Shown here piece after piece: positions 1-12,000 of a stretch of 64,000 nucleotides of DNA. This DNA comes from Amoebophrya sp. A120 (taxonomy: Eukaryota > Protista > Dinoflagellata): NCBI GenBank assembly GCA_905178155.1, contig CAJINV010000010.1, positions 248,001 to 312,000 of the forward strand. The letters are read 5' to 3'. The notes below the pieces were generated by a model, which did no database searches, was not told the DNA's origin, and saw only the letters and a list, made by a program, of their open reading frames with translations. Position numbers and translations under genes: made by a program. Within the stretch, counting starts at the first letter, position 1; every line of letters starts with the position of its first letter.

Positions 1-51
1 AATCATTTCAACTTTTACTTTACCGATTTCGAAGATCCTGACACATCCATA
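1..51. mobile_element. Right end of introner, family B (partial)
   Basis: ...ATTTCAACTTT...CCTGACACATCCATA matches the family B TIR. Confidence 0.75.
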
Positions 52-3000
52 AAAAATTCCTTCGCGTTAATGGTCTCCGGGATTGCCACGTGTTCCACCT
101 TGGGAGGCAGCGGTGGTGGCGGTGGTATCAAAATGCAAAAGTGTCTGGGTCAGGAAGATTCTGAGACCTGTCTTCATGCATACTTTGCATGACACAGGAT
201 GTCTGTAGCGCACGACCCAGCATCACAAACTTTTAGAGGTCTTCCTGATGCCTACTCCGCATGACAAACGCCCTCCCCGCGTAGCACAAACTAGACACCT
301 CTTGCTGGTCATGCAATGCAATTTTCTTTAGAGTCCAAAGCTAGCATCACAAGTTCCAACCTTCCAGACCCAGACATTTTTGCATTTGATAGGTGGTTCG
401 TCTTGCTCGGAGGAAGGGGGTATCCTGTGCAAAACAAGTATCGCGCTCGTAGTAATCGCAGTTATGCATTACAAATCTTAATCTAGTTGGTTAGGTAAAT
501 CCGCATTACAAATTTAATTTGTAATGCTGAGGCAATTTGTATTGCGAGTTGTACTAGTGCGATGCTTTTGCAGTGCATAGGGGGTGAAAGCATAGGTGGC
601 GGCGGGGGCACATCCACATCGGGTATGGAGGCTTTTGCAGGCGGGAGGTCCGGCTCCGACGGCGTTGAGGGGGGAGCGCTACTTGGGGGCTTGAACTTAT
701 GGGAGTGTCAGGATTGAAATCGACAAAGTTGAAATAAGAATAACTTGTAATGCATAAAATGCAGCCCACAAAGAAAGTGCCTGTCTTGCAGAGTAGGCAG
801 GTGAGGCAGATTGCAAGCCTGTTGAGGGGCAGAAACTGAGCTGCTAAAGTAACATGACAAGAGGCGGCTTCCTGACCCAAACAGCATGACAGACTGGATT
901 TCGGTTCTACCCAAATTTGTCATGCGCCACTTGCAAACTGGGTCACAACTTTCATCCATTTTATGCATCGCAAGCTATTTCAACTTTGTCGATTTCAATC
1001 CTGACACATCCATAGGACTTCACCTTCTCTTTTTTCGGCTTCTCTTCCTTTGCGACCGAGGGTATTTTCGGCTGCTCCTTGTACTCGCCGTCCGACGAAG
1101 TTGGATCCTTGGCGGGTTCTATCCTGAGTAAAAACGTCCCCACACCAGAGTCAGGATGGGGATTTTGCAACACAAACCTAGGAGCTTTGGGAATCACGCA
1201 TGACAAGTTGCGCTCCGCATTGTAGGGCAGGTTAGCAAGTGCAGCCGCATCACAGATTCATCTGCTCATCCTGTTTACAGCATCACAAATTCCAAAACAC
1301 GATTAGAAATGGCACTCATGGGGATGCTCATTACAAGTCTTCGTGTCTTTGCAAATCTGCATCACAACTCTGGGGTGGGGACGTTTTTACTCAGGATAGG
1401 TTCTTCCGCTTTTTCATCCTCCTCGTCGCTCTTGCAACAGCAGCAGAGCAACAGGAGCAACAACAGCAGCAGCACCAAGGCCAACAAAGGCCAGAGCCAG
1501 CAGCGGCATCGTACAAAAAAAGTGCTTCACTGTGATGATTTTGCAAGATCTGCGTCACAAGATTGTTACAGCACATGACACAGAAAATTTGCCACGCGCG
1601 CTTCCCAAGTGAAAACACGCTTAAAAATCCTATGTCTTGCATGTGTAGCAAGACAAACAGTGTTGCGTTCCACTTCCTGCATCGCAAGTTCACGTATGAA
1701 ACACTTTTTTCTTGCGATAAGGGAAAGCACTCCTCCAGGTCAAATCCGCCTTCGTCCGGAGAGACGGTTAGGAGGTCGCTCGATCCATTCGCGTATGCAT
1801 TGCAAATATCATGTCTGGGTCCGGAATAAAACGTGAACTTGTGATGCGGGTTGTGGTCTTACGTTAAATGAATCTGTGTTGGTGTTGCATGACCAACAAA
1901 CGCGCAGCGTTCTTTTTCCCCATGCAAAAACGCCGTTTTTCATGCGGACCACGCACTATGCGACAGAGGTGCAAGAACTTGTCATGCTTGGCTGCATCGT
2001 TCGGAAGCGTTTCAGTCATCCGCACTTCAGCATAACAACAACTTTATTCCAGACCCTGACATATTTGCATTTGATATCGTGGCATTTTGGCTGAACGGGT
2101 CCGGCGTACTCGTTTTGTCGTTTCCGTTGATGTTGTGCGCATTCGGCTTATGCAATGCAAATTTATTATTCCCGCACACGTACAAAATGCATCACAAGTT
2201 TCGCCAACTTAGAGTGCACTAAACAGTTGCCACGCTAAGTAGGATCGAGTCATGCAACAGAACCCGCAGCGTACGTGAACTCGGTAAAAAATTGTTCATT
2301 GTGGATACGGGTCAACGGTTGTCAGGCTCGGGTCGGTCGTCGCCAGACTTGGGTCAATCGTTGTCAGACTTGGGTGAACCGTCGTGCCGCTAGAGTCAGT
2401 CGTCGCGCCGCTAGAGTCAGTCTTCGTGAGGTTCGGGTCAGTCGTTTGCGGCGGAATCGTGCTGGAGCTGGACGACTGGTTCGGGTCTACCCAAATAATG
2501 CCCCCATCAGCGTTGCCGTTGTAGATGGTCTGACAATATGCCTTCCCTAGACCGTCGCACGCACGGGGCACGCACACGTTGGAATACACGTGCTCCTTTC
2601 CCCCGTCTTGGTCCCCCGGCTCCACATCCTGGGCGGCGGGCGACCGGCCCTTGTGCTTGCGACTTTTCGGCTATGCAGTACTACAAATTTCCCGTACATG
2701 TATAAACATGCATCACAAATTTCACCAATTTGGGGCGTAACACTTGTCATGCTAAACTAGCAGGATCGAAGCCAAGTATTTGTCATGCAGAGACTGCATT
2801 TGTACGTGTACGGGAATTTTTTTACTGTGGATATCGGCCGGCAGGTCGCGGGAGCCCAGTCGTACTCCGAGCCTGTCTATCAAATGGAAATATGTCGCGG
2901 TCTGGAGATGAAATTTGTGACGCTAAAGTATGGATATGTCTGGCTATGCTATCTCCAGTGCAGCCAAGCATGACAAATTTCCAACTTGACGCCGTCTCAT

Positions 3001-6000
3001 GCGTAGCACGCATGACAACTACCTGCCAAGTTTTTGTTTTATTTGCATGACGAAAAATAAAGTGGCGCCATTGCTGGTAGTGCAACTGCAATACCAATAC
3101 AAATTTTTCAGGAATGCAAAAACATCATGCGAACACAAGTTCCAGTTTTCTAGACCCAGACACTTTTTGCAATGCGTACTGTATAGGTGTAAACCACACA
3201 GGGGTCGACGCCTGGGACTGCCTTCGCTATCCTGTACAAAAGTATCGCACTCGTACTTTAATTGCAAATACGTATGACAAATCTTCTGCCCAAGGTAAAA
3301 CAGCACTACAAATTGCATTTTCATTTGTCATGCTGAGCAAATCTGTCATGCGAATCATACTAGTACGACACTTTTGCAGTGCATATTCGCAAACCAGTCG
3401 CAAATCATCTTGCAGATCCACCCGAACTCTCTCACCAGCTTGTTCGCGTAGTACTTCGTCGAACCGCCACTGGGCGGTGTCACGGTGGTCGCCGTATCAA
3501 GGTGCTCCATAAACACACTGAATCTGAGGCCGTTGTTACCGTCTGTCTGCTTCCCCCGGTAGTAGTTGATGATGTCCTGCTTCAGCTGCTGTGTCTCTTG
3601 CGATACGGAACCCGGATTGGTTTCCTTGTGCGTCGGATAGGCGTTGAGCAGGGGCGTGCGCATCTTTTCTTCGATGTATTTCAAGGCGTTCGCGCAGGTC
3701 TGACTGCTGGTTGTGATCATCACTTTGTCCATGACTTTGTCCTCCCCCCCCATGCCCGTCACGTCGTAATTCCCCGGGTGGATTTGCATTATTTCCCGCC
3801 AGGTGGGCAGCAACGTAGTGGTGGTGCCGGTGTTGAACCCTGCGGAGGTGACCACTTCCAATTTGATGTTGCACAGATCCCCGAAGAGGTAGTCCACCCG
3901 GTCAATGGCCTGCCAATCCTGACACTCTTGGGTGTTGGGATCATACAAAGGATCACTCGGATCGCGCGGGTTGTTGGGGAATTTAGGGTTCGTTTGCCAA
4001 TCGAAATTGTGAGGGTCCTCCTCGGTGAAGATATTGTCAATGTCGGTAGCATCGTCGGGATTCGTGTTCGACCCGTCGTCAATCACACTATCGTAGATAC
4101 AGAGCTCCTCCCCCTGCCCTACAATGCCGGTTGCGGTTTGCTGGTCTACTGGCAAGATTTTCGCTTGTAGCTTTTCGGGCAGATTTATGCAAGAAAAAAA
4201 CTGTGTAAGTGTACCTTTCTTCGGCTGACTGCATCACAAATTTGCTCTACATGACAGAGAAAACCTGTCATGCGCGGCTTGTAAGGGAAAGCATCACACA
4301 TGAAAAGAGGACTTTAACTTTATGCCACACGATGTGTGGCATGACAGGCACAGGTGTAACTCTATTGCATGTTCTGCACTAGTACAGAGTTACACCTACA
4401 CAGTTTTTTTCTTGCATAAAATTTTGGATGTGGCCGCCGGTAACGTCCGTGTGGTCGATGCACGACCTCTCGACGCAGAAGGCGGACGCGATGCCCTCGG
4501 TCACCCACCCCGTGCTGCCTTGCGTGTTCACCGCTTTCGGCCGGCACAGTTCGAAAGCGAAGTTTTCCCGCTGCTCTCCCGCGTGCTTCTTGCGCGACAC
4601 AGAAAAGCCGACGCACTCTGGAATGGAATCGCAGATGGCGCGGCACAATATGCATTGCAAAACTCTCGTCGTAGGAACTGCGTCGCAAGTTTTTTCGGAA
4701 GGAAAAGTCAAATTATTTCTTGTCACGCTCTTCAATTCTTCATCGCGCACTGTAGTACTTTTCATCGGATTTTTACCACTTCTACGAGTTCGGGCACGAT
4801 ACTTTTGCAATGTCGATACACATCCAGGCGAACTGACACGATGGTGGGGGCCCCCTGCGGGTCGATAGCGATACGCAGCCAGTCGATACACATCCAGTGG
4901 TGGGGGCCCCCTGCGGGCAGGAGAGGAAGGCGGGGAGTTCCCCTGCGGCAACACACGTGCGGAGAAGAGGAAAGCGGGGGGCCCCCTTGATGCAGCAAAG
5001 GCGGAAGGGCGGGGGCCCCCTGCGGGCGGGAGGGATTTACCGAGGAGAAGGACGGGGGCCCCCTGCGACCCCAGGCGGGCGGCCCGGGAGAAGAGCGGGG
5101 GCCCCCTGCGACCCCAGGCGGGCGGCCCGGGAGAGGAGCGGGGGCCCCCTGCGGAGGCGGGAGGCGGACAGGCGGGGGCCCCCTGCGGACGGGATTCATG
5201 CTCCTTGAGCAGCTTTATCCCAGACCCTAAATAGGCTCACAATCTGCCTCACTTGCCATCCCGGCAAAGCAGGCACTTCATGCCTTGCATTTTATGCATT
5301 ACAAACAAGGTCCGAGCACGGGGACAGAGTCCCCGTGCGGCGACCTTCCCACCCTTGGAAGGATGGGCCACACGAACATAGACAGCACGCCAGAACTTTT
5401 GCAGCTTTCCTGCACGCCGAAAGCACGAGGCCGGGCATGTTTCTCCGACACAGGGTTTCCAAGGTCTGTTAGTAGTCCAGCAAGGTGAGCGAGATGGATG
5501 AGTCTTTCTGGTTTGTTTCTCCGGGACAGGTTTTCCAAGGTCTGGCAGTAGTCCAGCAAGTTGGGCGAGAGGGGTGCGGCCATCTGGTCTGTTTCTCACT
5601 CCGACACAGGTTGGCCAAGGTCTGTTAGTAGTCCAGCAAGTTGAGCAAGATGGATCAGGCTCTCTGGTCTGTTTCTCCGACACAGGTTTTCCAAGGTCTG
5701 TTAGTAGTTAGGCCACCAATTTGAGTGAGATGGATGAGTCTTTCTGGTTTGTTTCTCCGATAGAGGTTTTCCTAGGTCTTCTAGTAGTCCAGCAAGTTGG
5801 GCGAGATGGATGAGTCTGCCTGGTCTGTTTCTCCGACGCAGGTTTTCCGCGGTCTGTTAGTAGTCCAGCAAGGTGAGCGAGATGGATGAGTCTTTCTGGT
5901 TTGTTTCTCCGGGACAGGTTTTCCAAGGTCTGTTAGTAGTCCAGCAAGTTGGGCGAGAGGGGTGCGGCCATCTGGTCTGTTTCTCACTCCGACACAGATT

Positions 6001-9000
6001 TGCCAAGGTCTGTTAGTAGTCCAGCAAGTTGAGCAAGATGGATCAGGCTCCCTGGTCTGTTTCTCCGACACAGGTTGCCCAAGGTCTGTTAGTAGTTAGG
6101 CAATCAATTTGAGTGAGATGGATGAGTCTTTCTGGTTTGTTTCTCCGACAAAGGTTTTCCAAGGTCTGTGAGTAGTCCAGCAAGTTGGGCGAGATGGATG
6201 AGTCTGCCTGATCTGTTTCTCCGGCACAGGTTTTCCAAGCTCTGTAAGTAGTCCAGCAAGTTGAGCGAGGTGGTTGAATCTTTCTGGTTTGTTTCTCCGG
6301 GCCAGGTTTATTTTCCCAGGTCTGTCAGTAGTCCAGCAAGTTGGGCGAGGAGGGTGCGGCCGTCTGGTCTGTTTCTCACTCCGACACAGGTTTTCCCCGG
6401 TCTGGTAGTAGTCCAGCAAGTTGAGCGGCTGGATGAGTCTGCTTGGTCTGTTTCTCCGCCGCAGGTTTCTTTGTCAAGGTCTGTTAGTAGTCCAGCAAGT
6501 TGAGCGAGATGGATGAGTCTTCCAAGGTCTGGGAGTAGCTAGCCCAGCAAGTTGAGTGAGATGGGTGGGTCTTTCTGGTTTGTTTCTCCGAGACAGGTTC
6601 TCCATGGTCTGCTAGTAGTCCAGCAAGTTGAGCGAGCTGGGTGAGTCTGCTCGGTCTATTTCTCCAGCACCGGCCTCCCTTCCGAGGTCTGTTAGTAGTC
6701 CAGCAAGTTGGGCGAGCTGGATGAGTCTGGCTGGTCTGTTTCTCCGGCGCAGGTTTATTTTCCAAGGTCTGCTAGTAGCTAGCCCACCAAGTTGAGTGAG
6801 ATGGATGAGTCTTGCTGGTTTGTTTCCCCGAGACAGGTTTGCCCGAGGTCTGTTAGTAGTCCAGCAAGTTCTGCGAGATGGATGAGTCTGCCCGGTCTGT
6901 TTCTCCGGCGCAGGTTTTCCGGGGTCTTTTAGTAGTCCAGCAAGCTGAGGGAGATGGCTGAGTCCGCCCGGTCTATTTCTCCGACACAGGCTGCCCAAGG
7001 TCTTTGAGTAGTCCAGCAAGCTGAGCGAGATGGATGAGTCTGTCTGGTCTGTTTCTCCGGCCCAGGTTTCCCACGGTGAGCGAGTCTGCTAATTGTGCAG
7101 CAAGCTGAGTGAGCTTGTTGGGTGAGTGTGTCAACGGGATCGGGCCCCAATGGGCCCGGAAATAAAAAAATCACGAATCCCAAAAGAAAAACGAAAAAAA
7201 AAATTTTTGCACTGCCGCCCTATTGTGCCAAACCACTCCGCCGGGGCTCGCTCGATAGGAAATCTGTAGGCCCTAAAATAACGCCGGGGCTTTGTCAACA
7301 GGCTGCGGACCTGTGGGCTCCGGGGTTTTCGAAGAACTGCGCCACATGAAATCGAGCACGCAACTTTTGTTCGGGCAAACACAACATCACCGAAAAAAAA
7401 GAAAAAAACCGAATAAATTTGCGCCAAAAAGTTGCCTTCTTTGCGACATGAGTGCGACACGGGTGCGACACCGGTGCGACACGGGTGCGACATTTTTCGG
7501 GTTCTTCCTGAAATCCCTAAGAAAAAAAAAACCACGGCCGAGAGCCGATTTTTTTTAATTATTTCAGATTTTTTGTCGCAACAAAGGCGATTTTTTGTCG
7601 CAGAATTAATTGGCCACTCGCCCACCCAAAACTTTCCCACCCAACATCCCTCTCCCATCCCGAAGCACACACCGGCAACATGTCAACGGGATCGGGCCCC
7701 AATGGACTCGGCGGAAAAAAAATCATAACTCCCATGCTCTTTTTCCAAAAAAAATTTTTTGGAAAAGAGTTGAAACACCCAACAAGGCAGGGAAAGCTGG
7801 AAGCGAAAGGAACAAGGGAAGCCCCACACCCAAACACCCCTTTCAATGTGGTCAGGAAATCAGGACGCGAATTCGCAAACACCAGAAAGATGGGATGGCC
7901 TGCCACGCCCCGCTAGAACTCCACACCAATGAGCCCTGTGGGGGTGTGTGCCCTGCGGTCCACACACTGCTGCGGGGTGGACCCGACCTAAATATCCTGC
8001 CACCCCCATAAAGAAAAAAGAGTCGGGAATTAATTTTGCGACAAAAGACAATTAATTTTGCGACACCGATGCGACAAAAAATAAAAATTGGGTGTCTTGG
8101 GGACGCCGACCCCGAGGCACAAAAACACCAGACCACCCAAAATCACAAGCAAAACATGAGAAACGGGCAAAATAAAATTAATTTTGCGACAGGGGGTCGA
8201 CAGGGGGTCGACACCCCCATGGTATACCGAAGCCGGATTTTTTGTCGCATAAAAACCGGCCCTGTGAAAACCAATGGGAATTTGAACCAAGAGAAAACTG
8301 CCCGAAATTTTTTGTCGCAAGATTAATTCGAGGCTCTTTTTCTCATATAGGCAAAATCCCATTGGTTTTTTCAGGCGCCGGATTTTTGAGATTTTTTGTC
8401 GCATAAAAAAAACCAAACACCAACGACCGGAGAACTCCCAAGGAAGCCGCCGACCTCCGGGACCCTTCGGGCCAAGAGGCGAACGAAGAAAACGCCCCAG
8501 ACTACCCCGGGCGCAGGAAAAACAGGGCGCCGCCGCTTTTTTTTAATTTTTTTGCGGGGATCATGATTTTTTTGCTTTTGATGACACTGGGGGCCGATCC
8601 CGTTGAAACATGGGCTCCCTCTGCCGGCCCCACTCCAATCCCTTGCGCCCAAGCCTGCTTTTCCCGCCCAACCCACAAACCCAAGACACACAACCAGAAA
8701 AAGAAAACGCACCAGCGAGCGGCTGCAAGAACTGCAAAAACCCTGCGAAAACTTAAAAGCGCGAAAATTTTCCGGCTTTTGTGATTTTTTTGCTTTTCTG
8801 ACTACTGGGGGCCGATCCCGTTGAAGTGTGTCTGGTCTGTTTCTCCGGCATAGGTTTACCGAGGTCTTTGAATTGCCCAGCAATTAAGTTGAGCGAGATG
8901 GATGCGTCTGTGTGCCGCATTTGCCAGGTGCCTGCTTGGATTGTGTGCCAAAGAGACTGCCCATAGCATACATTCACAAAGACACTCGCCAAACCGTTGG

Positions 9001-12000
9001 AGTTATCTTGTCCGCCCGGCCGCATTGAAAGAATGACCATCGCGGCGGCCCTTCGCGTGCTCGCCCGGCTTGCAGCTCTGGCAGGCGGCCACGAGGAGAA
9101 GGGCCCGCCGGATAAGCAAGGCGCCGGAGGGCAACCCGCCGGCCCGCCGGCGTCTTTCTTCCTTCATTGGGGCGACACCTACGAAACAACCCCGCCGGGC
9201 ACGCAGGGCCCCGGGCGCGGCGCCAGCGCTGACATCCATATCCAGATTGGGAATCGTTTGCGGGGGTTCGAGAATATCGCCGCGGGGCCTACCTGCCCAG
9301 CTCGCCCCGGCCTCGGCCCACCGGGTGCGTTGGTTGCCTCCGATGATCTCGCGCTGGTGGACATGGAGTGTGGCTGGCCGGCAAATCCGTTCGCCCCAAG
9401 GACAACGCTGGGGGAAGCACCAAACGCCAGACCGGGCTACCACACAATAGCCGGCAGCTCCACTGGGGAGAAGCCGCGGCCGACTCTTCCGGACCTGCCG
9501 ACGGGCAGCCCGGCCGGTGCTAGCCAAAGCGGAGGCAGCCCGGGAAACCCGGGGGGGCCCACGGGGCCGTCGGATGACCTACTGTGCGAGGAGTGTGATG
9601 GCGGAGACGGGGAAGGCGGTGGCGGGCCCCCGGGCAGTAGCTGCGGCGCCGAAGATGATCCCGACGACGATCACTTCGTGCCCAGGTGCGCAGACTTTTC
9701 GCTCGAGGCCTTCAACGGCATCGAAATGGCCGAGGACCTGACCGACCCGGACGCAACGACACCGCGCCAGCCAGCTCTGGGGCGCTTTGCAGATGATTGG
9801 ATGTATGAAAGCACGGAGGACGAGGGCCAGGCCGCATCCTCGGCGGCGCGCCATGGTGGCGAAGAATCACAGGACGGGGAAGAGGGCGACGGGTGTGGGT
9901 CGGTAGGCCAAGCGTTGGGACCCGAGGGGCCGCAGCAACCAAAGCCGCGGCCGCGCCTCCCTGATTTCCCAGCCCCTGGCCCCCCGCGAGAAGAGGCGGC
10001 GACGGGCGACCCGGAATCCGACGAAAGCGCGGCGCCGGCATTGAAACGGCGTCGCCCGGTCCTTCCAATGTTGCAAAACCCTGCGGCCACCGCAGCGGCG
10101 AAGGCAGAGGCAGAAGGAAAGCCGCGGCCGAAAGGGAAGCCCCCCGGGATCTCTGTCCACAAACAGACGCGCACCTGGGTCGCTGCCAATGCAAAGAAAC
10201 GGGCCGCCGCCGCTGATGCGACCGCGGAGCGGACGGAGCGTGCCCGCCTGGTTGCAGAGGCGCGCCAGGTTCTCGGCGTGCAGCCAATTTCGATTTCCAC
10301 CTGCGCCGCCTGCAAACATTGCGGCGCGAGCTTTTTCCTGGAAACGGCCCGGACGAGTTGCTGCCGAGCCGGCAAGGCGGTTGACTATCCGGGCAAATGG
10401 GCGCCACTGCCGGAGAGTGTTGCGCGCCTGTTCGAGGATAAGAAATGGGGCGACTTCAGCATCCGCATCAACCACCACTACGCAGTTGCAAGCTTCGGGA
10501 TCGCTGGGGACGGGGCCCGCCTTGATGTGCAGACCAGCGAGGACGGCAAGACGACCAAAGGCATGCCGGGGCCGAAGTCGGCGTACAAAATCCGGGGCGA
10601 GACCTATTTCCGCGTCCTGCCGCCCGACCATGAGAGCGAGCACTCGCCGCTCGTGTGGCACCTCAGTGCGGGCCTCTACCGGCACACGCAGAGCAAGCTG
10701 GCGCTCAGGGAAGAGCGACGCGACGAGATGGCCCAGGCTTTGGGGCGCGCGAAGTTCGACAACCTGGAGCGCACCCTTCTGGAATCCAATTCCGTTTTTC
10801 AATCATTTCAGCAAATCGCCGGAGAGTATCAGGAAAAGGAGCAGGAGGGCCGCGCGGATTTTAAGATATTTTTCCAGAAAAAGCACCAGGCCGAAGAGGT
10901 TGCGGCCGTGATAGATCTTCAGCAGGACTTCGCCGCGCCGCGCGTCCTTGTCGCAACGAAGCTAGACGGCAAGACAACAACCGCCCCCGCCCTTTCGCAG
11001 CTTTATGAGCCGCTCGGCTACCCCTTGCTGAATTTCTTTGGTGTTGCAGGATGGGGGCGCGTGCAGGTTCCGGACAAAAAGGACCCGAACGGCTACGGCC
11101 GCTGGCAACACTCGGAGGGCCACCGCGAGTCCTTGCTGGAGCATCTTCGCGCGAAAGTCTTCCGCGAGGAGAGACTCCGGGACATGCATGCCCTTGGCCA
11201 GCAGTGGCTTGTGGACCAATACAGCCGCCACGAGGACGAGCGTCTCAACTACTACGCCGAAATCGAAAAGCAGCGAAAAATCGCAAAAGCCAAGGCAGGC
11301 GCCGCCGCTGTGCCGGACGCGCAGGCGCCAAGCGGTCGCGTCGTCCTTTCTGATTCGTTCACGAAGTCGCAGAACTGGTTCCGCAAGAAGCTCGACGACG
11401 CTCTTTTCCTCATGGCGAAGTTTGGCCGCCCCACGTTTTTCGTGACTCTTACCGTCAACCCCGAATGGCCGGAGGTGGTGCAAAACCTCCGGCCGGGGCG
11501 GCAAGCTGCGAGCGACCCCATCCTCGTGGAGCAAATCTTTTGGGCGAAGCTGCTGAAGTTTTTGCAGATTCTGAGGGGCGACGGCAGCCCGCTGGGCCGC
11601 GCGATCTACATCGTGACGGTCATCGAATGGCAGAAAAGGGGATATCCCCACGCCCACCTACTCATCCGCGTCGACAATTCCCGTCTTCATTCTGCGCTGG
11701 AGCTTCATGAGATAGATAAATTTGTCACGGCGGAGGCTTCGGAATTAAGGTCGGAGCTAGGGCGCAAAATCTTCGCGGCCAAGATGCAGCACAAATGCGC
11801 GGCGCTGTGCCTCACAAAGGCCCACCAATGCGACCGGGACCCAAAAAAGTGCCGCGAGATGGTCAAGAAGTGCAAGAAGAAATACCCGCAGGACTTGGAG
11901 CGCAAGACAACGACGGACCCAAATACTGGCTACGTGAAGTATCGGCGGCGCACAAAAGAGGACCTCCTGTCGGTTGAAGTAAGCGAGCGCATCCTGGTGC

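Noticed and set aside
4827-5195. CRISPR-like array of palindromic repeats
   Set aside because: Repeat only ~14 bp; spacers irregular and partly identical; no cas genes; eukaryotic context
5430-7130. CRISPR array or coding repeat ORFs
   Set aside because: Whole unit is repeated with no unique spacers; the ORFs are minisatellite artefacts
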